Assembly: GCA_963844935.1 (NCBI GenBank)
Contig: CAWJQH010000005.1
Coordinates: 587,058 to 651,057, forward strand
Direction: 5' to 3'
Origin: an uncultured Bacteroidales bacterium
GTDB taxonomy: Bacteria; Bacteroidota; Bacteroidia; Bacteroidales; VadinHA17
Length of the DNA stretch: 64,000 nt
Numbering within the stretch: the first letter of the stretch is position 1; each line of letters begins with the position of its first letter. Below the pieces are notes generated by a model. That model saw nothing but the letters and a program-made list of their open reading frames with translations. It made no database searches and was not told the DNA's origin. A program made the position numbers and the translations under genes. Below, piece after piece: positions 14,351 to 24,419 of the stretch.

Positions 14351-15487
14351 ATGATCGATTACCAGAGTGTTCCGTCACCATGCTATGTCATCGACGAGGA
14401 ACGTCTGCGCCGCAACCTGGAGCTGATAAGACACGTGTCACAGGCTTCGGGAGCAGAGATAATCCTTGCTTTCAAGGGCTTTGCCATGTGGTCTGTGTTT
14501 CCCGTGGTGCGTGAGTATGTATCAGGGGCAGCTGCGAGCTCCATACACGAAGCCAGGCTCTGCTTTGAGGAGATGGGAGTACCGGCACATACATACGCTC
14601 CTGCCTTCCGCAGTGAGGAGTTCGGTATGATACTGCGGTACAGTTCGCACGTCACATTCAACTCCCTCGCCCAATATGAAAAATTTGCACCTGTTCTAAG
14701 ACAGGAGGGTAAACATATCTCGGCCGGCCTCCGCATAAACCCGCAGTACTCGGAGATAGCGCAGGGTATTTACAATCCCTGCTCACCCGGCTCACGCCTG
14801 GGGGTCACCGCTGCCGAACTGGAAAATGGTCTGCCGGAAGGAGTGGAGGGATTGCATTTTCATGTACTCTTTGAGTCAGATTCCTTTGTACTTGAAAAGG
14901 TACTGAAGGTGGTGGAAGCAAACTTCGGACACCTGCTTCCCGGCCTTAAGTGGCTGAATATGGGAGGCGGCCACCTGATGACACGAAAAGGCTATGACAC
15001 CGAACACCTGATAAACCTTCTCCGCAGGTTCAGGGAGAAGCACGGCGTTCACATCATACTTGAACCGGGGAGCGCCTTTGCCTGGGAGACAGGCGAACTG
15101 GTGGCCACGGTCGAGGATATAGTGGTGCGCGACGGCATCAGCACCGCAATACTTGATGTATCGTTCACCGCTCACATGCCTGACTGCCTTGAGATGCCAT
15201 ATAAACCGGTAATACTCGGGGCTTTTGAACCTGTCGAAGGAAAACCTGTGTACCGTCTGGGAGGCAACTCCTGCCTTTCAGGCGACTTCATGGGCGACTG
15301 GTCGTTTCACCGAGAGCTGAAAAGGGGCGACAGGATAATCTTCTGGGATATGATCCACTACACAATGGTTAAGACAACCACCTTCAACGGTGTGCCTCAC
15401 CCTTCAATAGGTATTTGGACAGGGGATCAGAAGTTCAGACTGGTGAGGGAGTTCGGGTACAATGATTACCGGGACAGGCTCTCTTAA
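14351..15487 (+). CDS. nspC: carboxynorspermidine decarboxylase
   Basis: MIDYQSVPSPCYVIDEERLRRNLE N-terminus and a fold-III PLP decarboxylase pattern. Starts 2 nt after the dehydrogenase stop. Confidence 0.85.
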   Translation: MIDYQSVPSPCYVIDEERLRRNLELIRHVSQASGAEIILAFKGFAMWSVFPVVREYVSGAAASSIHEARLCFEEMGVPAHTYAPAFRSEEFGMILRYSSHVTFNSLAQYEKFAPVLRQEGKHISAGLRINPQYSEIAQGIYNPCSPGSRLGVTAAELENGLPEGVEGLHFHVLFESDSFVLEKVLKVVEANFGHLLPGLKWLNMGGGHLMTRKGYDTEHLINLLRRFREKHGVHIILEPGSAFAWETGELVATVEDIVVRDGISTAILDVSFTAHMPDCLEMPYKPVILGAFEPVEGKPVYRLGGNSCLSGDFMGDWSFHRELKRGDRIIFWDMIHYTMVKTTTFNGVPHPSIGIWTGDQKFRLVREFGYNDYRDRLS

Positions 15488-15490
15488 GAA

Positions 15491-15560
15491 GTCGGCAGTC
15501 GGCAGTCGGCATTCGGCAAAGACTGAGGATTGAAGACTGAAGACTGAGGATTGAGGATCC
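15491..15560. repeat. heptad-periodic array: GTCGGCA x3 plus TTCGGCA, then AAGACTG/AGGATTG x6
   Basis: Read directly. CAGTC in the left block is complementary to GACTG in the right block. The array fills the whole gap between the convergent genes nspC and mnmA. Confidence 0.9.
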
Positions 15561-16760
15561 CTACAGGTGAATTACTCCTGAACCGAGCAGCTCCTCTCCG
15601 TCATACCAGGCTGCAAACTGGCCCGGGGTTATTCCCCGCTGCTGCTTGTCGAATATGATATAGTAACCCTCCTCACGGGCGAACAGGCGTGCCTGCTGAA
15701 GCGGCTGCCGGTACCTTATCCTGACAAGATAATCGCGGACTTCCCCCTGACTCATTGCCAGATCCGGCCTTATCCAGTGCACCTCTGCTGCATCGATGAA
15801 CAGGCCTTTGCGGTGAAGTCCGCTGTGCGACTGTCCCTCACCGGCATACACAATATTGCTCGCCGTATCCGTGCTCAGCACAAAGAGCGGCTCCTTATAT
15901 CCTCCGAGATTCAGTCCCTTGCGCTGACCGACAGTATAGAAGTGGGCACCGTTGTGCTTGCCAGCGGTTTGACCGTCACCCTGAACTATCCTGTGCGGTG
16001 CGGCCATCTCAGCCAGGACTGAAACCGGTGTCCCTTCCGCGGGAAAGCCGTCAGGCCAGATCCTGAATGAATTATCCCGGGGTATGATGATGATTCGCCC
16101 TGTTTTTTTCTCAAGCTTCTGCTGCAGGAAGACAGGCAGGTCTACCTTCCCGACGAAACAGATACCCTGCGAATCCTTGCGGGCAGCCGTGGCAAGACCA
16201 AGATCCACCGCAATCTTCCTCACCTCGGGCTTGGTAAGAGCACCCAGTGGGAAAAGCACATTCTCAAGCTGCCTCTGGCTCACCTGGCACAGGAAATAAC
16301 TCTGGTCCTTGTTGCGGTCGAGACCTGCCAGGAGGCGCGTTACCCGCGTGCCGGAGACATCTATAACATCAGCCCGGCAGTAGTGACCCGTTGCTATATT
16401 GTCAGCGCCGTCCTTCAGAGCTTCACGCACAAAAGAATCAAACTTTATCTCGCGGTTGCATAGAACATCAGGATTGGGTGTCCGTCCGAGAGCGTACTCA
16501 CTGAACATGTAATCGACAACCCTTGTACGGTACTCCGCGCTGAGATCGACAACCCGGAGCTTTATCTGCAGCTTCTTTGCCACCATCTCAGCATAGGTGA
16601 CGTCCTCGTCAAATGGACAATTACCTTTCAGCAGTCCCCGGCTGTCATGCCAGTTGATCATAAAGATGCCCTCAACCTCATAGCCCTGATCCTTCAGGAG
16701 CCATGCAGCCACGCTGGAGTCAACGCCTCCCGACAAACCGACAACTGCCTTCTTTTTCAC
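15561..16760 (-). CDS. mnmA: tRNA 2-thiouridine(34) synthase
   Basis: KKAVVGLSGGVDSSVAAWLL PP-loop motif and full-length MnmA architecture. GTG start. Confidence 0.9.
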   Translation of the reverse strand: MKKKAVVGLSGGVDSSVAAWLLKDQGYEVEGIFMINWHDSRGLLKGNCPFDEDVTYAEMVAKKLQIKLRVVDLSAEYRTRVVDYMFSEYALGRTPNPDVLCNREIKFDSFVREALKDGADNIATGHYCRADVIDVSGTRVTRLLAGLDRNKDQSYFLCQVSQRQLENVLFPLGALTKPEVRKIAVDLGLATAARKDSQGICFVGKVDLPVFLQQKLEKKTGRIIIIPRDNSFRIWPDGFPAEGTPVSVLAEMAAPHRIVQGDGQTAGKHNGAHFYTVGQRKGLNLGGYKEPLFVLSTDTASNIVYAGEGQSHSGLHRKGLFIDAAEVHWIRPDLAMSQGEVRDYLVRIRYRQPLQQARLFAREEGYYIIFDKQQRGITPGQFAAWYDGEELLGSGVIHL

Positions 16761-16848
16761 GGCACAAAGGTAGCCCTTTACTCAATATGTTGAAAACTCC
16801 TTCTCAGGCCAGATCACAGATGGCTTATTTATTACTATTTTTCAGAAT

Positions 16849-19800
16849 ATGAGTGCTTCGGGTAAGTTATTGAGATACAGTGCATCGGCGGGGTCAGGCA
16901 AGACCCATGCCCTGACTGGTTTTTATCTTTCCCGCGTTCTCGCTGACCCGGGAGCATACCGCCGCATACTCGCAGTGACATTCACAAACAGTGCTGCCGC
17001 CGAGATGAAGGGCCGCATCCTCTCACGGCTTGGCACACTGGGATCTGCCAAAACAGAGGATGAGGCAGAGAGGCATGAATTTGCAGCATATCTGTGCAAA
17101 TACTTCCCTGATCTGTATCCTGATCCGGGACAGGCGATGCTGACAATCAGGAAGAACGCCCCACTGGCGCTGAAAAATATCCTGCAGGATTATTCACGGT
17201 TCACCGTAGGCACCATCGATTCATTCTTCCAGAGAGTGATACGCGCCTTCGCCCGTGAAATAGAGATCCCTGCCGGCTACGAAATAGAGCTGGAGCACGA
17301 AGCACTCTTGTCAGATGCGGTTGACGGACTCCTTGCAGAGGTGGCCACAGACACCCGCCTCAGGAGATGGATCTCCTCATACGTCGCATCACGTCTCGAT
17401 GACAACAAAGGCTGGGATGTGCGCCGCGAGATAATGGAGGTGGCGGAACAGATTTTCGGAGAGAACTTCAGGCAGCTGAGCCCGGCTGATAAAAAAGCGA
17501 TCAGCAATTATGAGGTGCTGAACAACTATACAGAAAAGATATTCAGTATAAAGAGAGGTTTTGAATCTGAACTCAGGTCACTGGCTGCAAAGGGAGTGGC
17601 AATATTCGGAGATTGCGGCCTGACCCCTGATGACTTCCTCTCCAAACGCAAGGGAGGGGTAGGCGAGATGCTCGGAAGATATGCCGGCGGCCTGATCCAG
17701 TCCCCCGGCAGCACCTGGCAGAAAGCAGCAGGAGAAGAAAAATACCTGGCCGGCGGAGCACCGCAGCATGTCGTTGGCGCCCTTCAGGAGGCCCTGAGCA
17801 AAGGACTGGGCGATGTAGTTACTGCCATCTCCTCGATGTTTGAGAAGAGGTACCCGCTCTATGTCTCGGCTGTTGAACAGGTCAGGACAATTCATATAAT
17901 GGGCATACTGGGAGCCATAAGCGAAAGGGTGCGTGCACTGGCCCAGGATGAAAACATATTCCTCCTTTCCGACTCCGGCGAACTGATAAACAAGCTGATT
18001 GCCGGTGACGATACCCCGTTTATCTATGAGAAGATCGGCACAGCCTATGATCATTATGTGATAGATGAGTTCCAGGACACCTCCCAGATACAATGGAACA
18101 ATTTCAGACCGCTTATCTCAGAGACCCTGGCACGCGGCAAGGACAACCTGGTGGTGGGCGACGTCAAGCAGTCAATTTACCGCTGGCGCAACAGCGACTG
18201 GCGCATAATTCATTCGGAGGTGAGAAACACATTCGGCGATGACACGGTGAGGACAATCCCCCTGAGCAACAACTACCGCAGCCGGAAGAACATAATCAGA
18301 TTCAATAACCTGATGTTTGCCCCGTCAGCAATCCCGGCCATCTGTGATGCGAAACTGAATTTTGACAGGCTGAAGATAAGTGATATATACAGCGGTTCAG
18401 TGCAGGAAGGAACCGACGGGAAACCAGGAGGCTTTGTGAAGGTATCGCTCTACAGAAAATCAGATGATGAAGGCTGGAGAGACAGGGTGCTGAATGATAT
18501 ACCCTCTCTTGTGGAAGAGCTGCAGGATCATGGCTACAAGGCCAATGACATCCTGTTCCTCTGCCGCACAAATGAGGAAGGCAAGAGCATTATAAGCACA
18601 ATACTCGAGCACAGCGCAACATCTCCTCCGGAGAAACTTGCCAGGTACAATTTCGAGGTGACTTCGGGTGAATCACTCTATCTTGAACGCAATCCGGCTG
18701 TCACTCTGCTTCTGTCGTGCCTCCGTTACCTGGTCGATCCGGGCAGCCGTTTAAACAGGAGCCTGATGGTCAGGTCATTCATACTGGCAACGGCAGGCAG
18801 GGAAGAGCTTGTATATGCTGCTGACAATAAGGTTGTTACTGACAGTCCTTTGCCGGAAGGGTGGGAGGATGCCCTTGTCATGTTCAGAAACGCATCGCTG
18901 TTCAGCGCCACAGAAAACATGATCCGTTACTTCAGCCTCGGAAGTCACAGGGAGAATGTGGCATACCTGAGCTCTTTCCAGGACTTGGTGCTGCAGTACT
19001 CGGGCAGGTACAGCTCGGACATCTCCTCCTTTGTATCGTGGTGGGAAAGCGACGGTTACAAGAGCACCCTCGGTCAGTCAGACTGCCAGGAGGCCATGCG
19101 TGTAATGACAGTTCACAAGGCGAAAGGTCTTCAGAGCAGCGTGGTGATCATACCGTTTGTATCCTGGGACTTTTTAAAGCGCGGTTACAGCCGTCCTTTG
19201 CTGTGGGTTTCGGATGTACCTGATGCTTTTGCGCCCATGCCTGTTGTATTGCCTGAACTGAGCAGTCGTCTTGACAATTCTCTCTTTGCTGACCAGGCAA
19301 GGATGGAGAAGGCATCGGAGTGGCTTGACGGTGTCAATCTTCTGTATGTTGCTTTCACAAGAGCTGCAGACGCCCTTTATATAATGGCACCCGAGATCGT
19401 GCGGATGCCTGCCGGCGGAGGTAATGCCGAGAGCCTCCTCAACGAAGCTCTCAGGGGCCTGCCTGAAGATTTTGCCTGGCAGGAGGATGATGCTGTCAGG
19501 CACTTTGAATACGGTGAGTTGCCGGCAGCACCCGTTACCAGGGAGGAGGATGCCATGATAATGGAAGAATATGCTGTCTCTGAGCTGCGTGGCACCATGA
19601 GGCTCAGGACGGGCGGCGCCCTCCCGCTTGACGAGATGAAGGTTGCAGAACCCGGCGGAAGAGCATACGGGATCATGATGCATGAGCTGCTGAGCAGGGT
19701 GACTACGACTGCCGATATTGACAATGCTATTCGTTATGTATGCGATAACGGACTTCTTCCTCTGTCACAGAAGGAGCTGATGGCCTCCCGGGTACGAGCG

Positions 19801-20076
19801 ATGCTCTCATCGGATAAGGTCAGGGAATGGTTCGACGGCTCTTCCGCCGTAAAGACAGAGGCCACCATCATACTGCCCTCGGGCGCCGCCCGCCGCCCTG
19901 ACAGGGTGATGATGAAAGGCAGCAGCGTCACCGTGGTGGACTATAAATTCGGGGAGCCTTCTGACCGTCACCGTGGCCAGGCAGCTGGCTACCGGGAGCT
20001 TTTGGGGCAGATGGGGCATGAGAATGTGAAGTCGTGGCTCTGGTACGTTGAAAAGGATATTATCGAGGAGGTATGA
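16849..20076 (+). CDS. AddA-like UvrD-family helicase with a C-terminal PD-(D/E)XK nuclease domain
   Basis: Walker A ASAGSGKTH, helicase motifs (VIDEFQDTS, NYRS), and C-terminal RPDRV...VVDYKFG nuclease motif. Confidence 0.8.
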   Translation: MSASGKLLRYSASAGSGKTHALTGFYLSRVLADPGAYRRILAVTFTNSAAAEMKGRILSRLGTLGSAKTEDEAERHEFAAYLCKYFPDLYPDPGQAMLTIRKNAPLALKNILQDYSRFTVGTIDSFFQRVIRAFAREIEIPAGYEIELEHEALLSDAVDGLLAEVATDTRLRRWISSYVASRLDDNKGWDVRREIMEVAEQIFGENFRQLSPADKKAISNYEVLNNYTEKIFSIKRGFESELRSLAAKGVAIFGDCGLTPDDFLSKRKGGVGEMLGRYAGGLIQSPGSTWQKAAGEEKYLAGGAPQHVVGALQEALSKGLGDVVTAISSMFEKRYPLYVSAVEQVRTIHIMGILGAISERVRALAQDENIFLLSDSGELINKLIAGDDTPFIYEKIGTAYDHYVIDEFQDTSQIQWNNFRPLISETLARGKDNLVVGDVKQSIYRWRNSDWRIIHSEVRNTFGDDTVRTIPLSNNYRSRKNIIRFNNLMFAPSAIPAICDAKLNFDRLKISDIYSGSVQEGTDGKPGGFVKVSLYRKSDDEGWRDRVLNDIPSLVEELQDHGYKANDILFLCRTNEEGKSIISTILEHSATSPPEKLARYNFEVTSGESLYLERNPAVTLLLSCLRYLVDPGSRLNRSLMVRSFILATAGREELVYAADNKVVTDSPLPEGWEDALVMFRNASLFSATENMIRYFSLGSHRENVAYLSSFQDLVLQYSGRYSSDISSFVSWWESDGYKSTLGQSDCQEAMRVMTVHKAKGLQSSVVIIPFVSWDFLKRGYSRPLLWVSDVPDAFAPMPVVLPELSSRLDNSLFADQARMEKASEWLDGVNLLYVAFTRAADALYIMAPEIVRMPAGGGNAESLLNEALRGLPEDFAWQEDDAVRHFEYGELPAAPVTREEDAMIMEEYAVSELRGTMRLRTGGALPLDEMKVAEPGGRAYGIMMHELLSRVTTTADIDNAIRYVCDNGLLPLSQKELMASRVRAMLSSDKVREWFDGSSAVKTEATIILPSGAARRPDRVMMKGSSVTVVDYKFGEPSDRHRGQAAGYRELLGQMGHENVKSWLWYVEKDIIEEV

Positions 20077-21035
20077 CAGCAAGGGAGACATACAACAGGG
20101 AGACGAACAGGAGGTACAATTCGTACGCCGACTGGTTCAGCACACTCTTCGGCAGGAGGGTACAGAAGGTGAGCATAAACGCAGGCTTCACCTGCCCCAA
20201 CCGCGATGGCACCCTGGGCTCCGGCGGTTGCATCTACTGCAATAATGAGGCTTTTATCCCCGCCTACTGCACTCCCGACATCAGCGTAACTGAACAGCTT
20301 GAAAAAGGGATTGCGTTTCATCGCCGGCGCTACCGGCGCGCTGAAAACTTCCTGGCATATTTCCAGGCGTACACTAATACCTATGCATCCATTGAACGCC
20401 TGAAGTCCCTGTACGATGAGGCGCTGAGCTATCCAGGCGTCCTGGGTATCGTCATTGGCACCAGGCCTGACTGCATCAGCAGCGATATGCTCGATTATCT
20501 TGCGGAGATGTCACGTGACTATTTTGTATTAATCGAGTACGGGATCGAGTCCACCAATGATGATGTTCTCAGGCATATAAACAGGGGTCACGATTTCGCA
20601 TCGTCAGTCAGGGCGGTGACAGAGACAGCCGGGAAAGGAATTTACACCGGTGCCCACCTGATTTTCGGCCTGCCGGGAGAGAGCCGTGCACAGATCATTG
20701 ACAGCGCGGCAACTATTTCAGCCCTGCCGCTCAGCTCAGTAAAGATACACCAGCTTCAGCTTGTCAAAGGCACACTCATGGCCAGGGAGTACAGGAACAA
20801 TCCGGAACGTTTTGATCTCTATACACTTGAAGAATACCTTGACCTTGTAATCTCATTCTGTGAGAGACTCAGTCCCTCGCTGATGATAGACCGCATCAGC
20901 GGTGAAGTTCCGCCGAGGCTGCTCGATGATCCGCGGGACTGGCACAGGCGCAGCAACGAGATATTCGGCCTCTTCGAAACATTGCTTGAAAGCCGGGATA
21001 CATGGCAGGGAAGACTGTACAATAAAAAGGGATGA
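20073..21035 (+). CDS. TIGR01212-family (YhcC-like) radical SAM protein
   Basis: FTCPNRDGTLGSGGCIYCN cluster motif, with an N-terminus resembling E. coli YhcC. ATGA overlaps at both ends. Confidence 0.8.
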   Translation: MTARETYNRETNRRYNSYADWFSTLFGRRVQKVSINAGFTCPNRDGTLGSGGCIYCNNEAFIPAYCTPDISVTEQLEKGIAFHRRRYRRAENFLAYFQAYTNTYASIERLKSLYDEALSYPGVLGIVIGTRPDCISSDMLDYLAEMSRDYFVLIEYGIESTNDDVLRHINRGHDFASSVRAVTETAGKGIYTGAHLIFGLPGESRAQIIDSAATISALPLSSVKIHQLQLVKGTLMAREYRNNPERFDLYTLEEYLDLVISFCERLSPSLMIDRISGEVPPRLLDDPRDWHRRSNEIFGLFETLLESRDTWQGRLYNKKG

Positions 21036-23908
21036 TGGATTTCCTCGGGAAAGTGGCAAAGAACCTCCGTGATAACCACGGTGACGCGATGGACAGGCAG
21101 ATAGTCGTTCTGCCCAGCCGGAGAGCCGGACTTTACCTGTCGCGGTTCCTTGCGCGGCTGACCAATAAACCTCAGTGGTCGCCAATGATGCTTACAGTCA
21201 ACGAGTTGTTCCATTCATTCTCTGATCTCAGTCCCGCAGATAATGAGACACTGATCTTTGAGCTTTACAGCATTTACAAACAGAGGTTCACTGAAGAGAT
21301 AAGCTTCGATGACTTCTGGTCATGGGGCGAGGTCATCATCAGGGACTTCAATGACATTGACCTTTACCTGGCAGATGCGGAAAAGCTCTATACAAATATT
21401 TCCGACCTGAAGGAGATAGACGCAAAATTCGGCGGACTGACCGATGAGCAGACAGAGATCATAAGAGGCTTCTGGACTTCTTTCAATCCCGGTTCATCCG
21501 GCGAGAGCGATGCCAGGTCGAAGTTCCAGTCGGTCTGGCAAAAACTTGGACCCTTATATAAGGATTTCAGTGCTTCGATGAAGAAGCGCGGTAAAGCAGG
21601 TGAGGGGATGCTCTGCCGCGAGGTGGCTGAGAAAGCCATGAATGACAGCCTGAAAGTGAAGGAAGGCTTTACCTGGCATATTGTCGGCCTTAACGCACTG
21701 AACAACTGCGAGAAGGTTCTCTTTAAATACCTCAGGGGCAAAGGCCAGGCGAAGTTTTACTGGGATGATGCTCACTTTTTCATGAACGACAGTGATCATA
21801 AGGCCGCCTTCTTCATGAAGGAAAACCTGAGAATGTTCGGCAACGATCTGGGAAACAGCCCTGATGTAATTGCCCCTGCGCCGGGAGGACGATGGACTGT
21901 CATCGACACGCCGTCTGATACTGCCCAGGCCAGGATGCTGGGCCAGATAATTGACGGGGCGGAGCTGGATGCAACTGCCGATCTTACTGACACTGCCATC
22001 ATCCTGGCCGACGAAAAACTTTTGTTGCCGGTGCTGACATCCCTTCCGCAGTCGATAGAAGAGGTGAATGTCACAATGGGCCACCCTTTCCGCTTCACTT
22101 CCCTTTATTCTTTTCTTAAGCAGCTGATGGCCCTCATCCGTTCAGCAAGAACCGGAAACGGCAAGACCACATTCAGAAGTGAGGAGGTGATCACCCTGCT
22201 GAGACATCAGTACTTTGTCCTCCTGTCGGGAAACGAGGGCGAAAAAGTTGTTTCGGAGATCATTTCAGGCAATATGATCAGGATTGATGATGATTTTCTC
22301 ATCTCCCGCCTCCCGCTGAAGAAGCTCTTCACAGTGCCTTCCGATGGCTCTGCGCTTCCTGATCACCTAGTGGAGGTCATGGAGATGATCGAAGCCGCCA
22401 CCTTTAAGACCCGGGATGACGGCAAGCCGATGAGCATCGACCGCGAGTACCTCAGGATGGCAATGTCGTCTACAGGTATGCTGGCCAACCTGATGCACTC
22501 ATATAATCTTGATCTTAAAACAGATACATGTATAAGATTCCTGGACAGGGTTTACAGAAAGCTTAAGGTGCCATTCTCCGGCGAGCCGCTGAAAGGCATA
22601 CAGGTCATGGGAGTGCTTGAGACACGTGCCCTGGAGTTCAGCAACGTCATTTTCCTTTCGCTGAATGAGGGCATCTTTCCAGGCACCTCTTATGACAACA
22701 CCTATATTCCCTATAATATAAGGAGGGCCTTCGGTCTCCCGACAGTGAATGAGAACGAATCAATTTACTCATATCACTTCTTCAGGCTTCTCCGCAAACC
22801 GGTGCAGGGATGGTTCCTTTACAATTCGACGGCAAAGGGACTGGTATCGGGCGAGATGAGCCGCTACCTGGTGCAGATGAAGTTCAGCCCTCAGTTCTCT
22901 CCTCTGTTCCGGACAGTGCATATCACTGTCGGCCGAAGCAGGATGATTGCTGAGCGGCTCCCTAAACTAAAAGAGCACAACAGGATCCTTTCGGAGCTTT
23001 ACGATGCCGGCGGAGATGGAAGGAAATATCTCTCCCCCAGTGCAATAAATACCTGGGTCAACTGCCGTATGCGCTTCTATTACAAGTATATATGCGACAT
23101 ACCTGAGGAAGAGAAACTGGAGAAAGACATTGACCAGCGCCGGTTCGGCAACATACTTCACGATACCCTTCACAGACTTTACGAGCCCTTCAAAGGAAAA
23201 AAGAACATAAGCCCGGACATCCGGAGAATGTCCGCAGACAATGAACTGATCAGGAACACTGTAATTTCGGCGGCATCAGATGAGATGAGATGGGATACCG
23301 ACACACTCATGGCTGGTAAAGGTGTGATAATCATCGATGTGCTTGAGAGGTATGTGACGGATATCCTTAAATATGACTCAGGCATGACGGATCTTGCGCT
23401 GCTGAACCTCGAAGATAACTTTCCGGGTACCCTTAGTGCCGGCACCGGATCTGAAAAGATCATGATCCGCGTCGGAGGAAGGGCCGACAGGGTTGATACC
23501 ACCGGTGGTGTTGTAAGAGTTGTGGATTACAAGACAGGCACAACCAAAAAGGATGCTGTTAATCCTGACGACCTGTTCAATGAAGAGAAGGAAAAAAGAA
23601 ATGATGCATTGCTGCAGGCCATGCTTTATTGCAATCTGATCCGTGAAAGCTACCCTGGACAGCTGGTGCTGCCGGCTGTCTACTGGGTGCAGCAGATATC
23701 ATCGGAAGATTTTTCACCCTATGCCAGGGTTGAAGGCCTTGACGGACCCGGCGCTGACAGAACTGCCTGGAATGAGGTCATGAGAAAATTCGCAGAAGGA
23801 CTGAACCTGACTGTCAACCGCATCTTTTCGGACAATGAGGATTATGTTATGACTCCCTTCGAGCAGAGGTGCTCATGGTGTCCTTACAGGATGTTATGCA
23901 GGAGATAG
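21032..23908 (+). CDS. AddB-like PD-(D/E)XK nuclease family protein with an iron-staple cysteine pattern
   Basis: GRADRV...VVDYKTG nuclease motif. One Cys upstream (NCRMRFYYKY) plus C-terminal CSWCPYRMLC (C-x2-C-x5-C), as in AddB Fe-S nuclease domains. Confidence 0.75.
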   Translation: MMDFLGKVAKNLRDNHGDAMDRQIVVLPSRRAGLYLSRFLARLTNKPQWSPMMLTVNELFHSFSDLSPADNETLIFELYSIYKQRFTEEISFDDFWSWGEVIIRDFNDIDLYLADAEKLYTNISDLKEIDAKFGGLTDEQTEIIRGFWTSFNPGSSGESDARSKFQSVWQKLGPLYKDFSASMKKRGKAGEGMLCREVAEKAMNDSLKVKEGFTWHIVGLNALNNCEKVLFKYLRGKGQAKFYWDDAHFFMNDSDHKAAFFMKENLRMFGNDLGNSPDVIAPAPGGRWTVIDTPSDTAQARMLGQIIDGAELDATADLTDTAIILADEKLLLPVLTSLPQSIEEVNVTMGHPFRFTSLYSFLKQLMALIRSARTGNGKTTFRSEEVITLLRHQYFVLLSGNEGEKVVSEIISGNMIRIDDDFLISRLPLKKLFTVPSDGSALPDHLVEVMEMIEAATFKTRDDGKPMSIDREYLRMAMSSTGMLANLMHSYNLDLKTDTCIRFLDRVYRKLKVPFSGEPLKGIQVMGVLETRALEFSNVIFLSLNEGIFPGTSYDNTYIPYNIRRAFGLPTVNENESIYSYHFFRLLRKPVQGWFLYNSTAKGLVSGEMSRYLVQMKFSPQFSPLFRTVHITVGRSRMIAERLPKLKEHNRILSELYDAGGDGRKYLSPSAINTWVNCRMRFYYKYICDIPEEEKLEKDIDQRRFGNILHDTLHRLYEPFKGKKNISPDIRRMSADNELIRNTVISAASDEMRWDTDTLMAGKGVIIIDVLERYVTDILKYDSGMTDLALLNLEDNFPGTLSAGTGSEKIMIRVGGRADRVDTTGGVVRVVDYKTGTTKKDAVNPDDLFNEEKEKRNDALLQAMLYCNLIRESYPGQLVLPAVYWVQQISSEDFSPYARVEGLDGPGADRTAWNEVMRKFAEGLNLTVNRIFSDNEDYVMTPFEQRCSWCPYRMLCRR

Positions 23909-23927
23909 CTGCAGAAACGGTCGCGCT

Positions 23928-24416
23928 TCACTTTTCAATCTGACGTTGCAGCGCTGCCATGCGTATCACGGTGATGGCAGCTTCGATGCCTTTGTTTCCG
24001 TGTTTGCCGCCGGCTCTTTCAAGCGCCTGCAGGTGATTGTTCGTTGTCAGCACGCCAAATATGAACGGAATGTTATAATCAAGATTGAGATGTGTGATGC
24101 CCTGGGTCACTCCCTGGCATATATAGGTGAAGTGGGGTGTTTCGCCCTGTATTACGCAGCCCAGGCAAATGACACCGTCAAGGTCGTCATACTCGGCCAG
24201 CCACTGGGCTGCGAGGGTGATCTCAAAGGTGCCGGGTACATGTCTGACAACTATGTCTTCCTGGCTGACACCGTGACGTCTCAGGGTAGTCTCAGCGCCG
24301 GCAAGCAGTGCATGTGTGACCTCCGGGTTCCAGTCGGCCACTACAATGCCAAACCGCATCCCCGTTGCGTCAGGGACATTTGACGGATCATAGTCTGAAA
24401 GATTCCGCGTTCCCAA
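23928..24416 (-). CDS. ribH: 6,7-dimethyl-8-ribityllumazine synthase
   Basis: MRFGIVVADWNPEVT...GCVIQGETPHF pattern, 162 aa. Confidence 0.9.
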   Translation of the reverse strand: MGTRNLSDYDPSNVPDATGMRFGIVVADWNPEVTHALLAGAETTLRRHGVSQEDIVVRHVPGTFEITLAAQWLAEYDDLDGVICLGCVIQGETPHFTYICQGVTQGITHLNLDYNIPFIFGVLTTNNHLQALERAGGKHGNKGIEAAITVIRMAALQRQIEK

Positions 24417-24419
24417 TGC

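Noticed and set aside
16765-16772. TACCTTTG -7-like motif upstream of mnmA
   Set aside because: It sits only 5 nt from the GTG start, and the canonical MnmA N-terminus (KKAVVGLSGGVDSS) needs that start. The geometry does not fit a normal promoter, so it is not reported as a feature.
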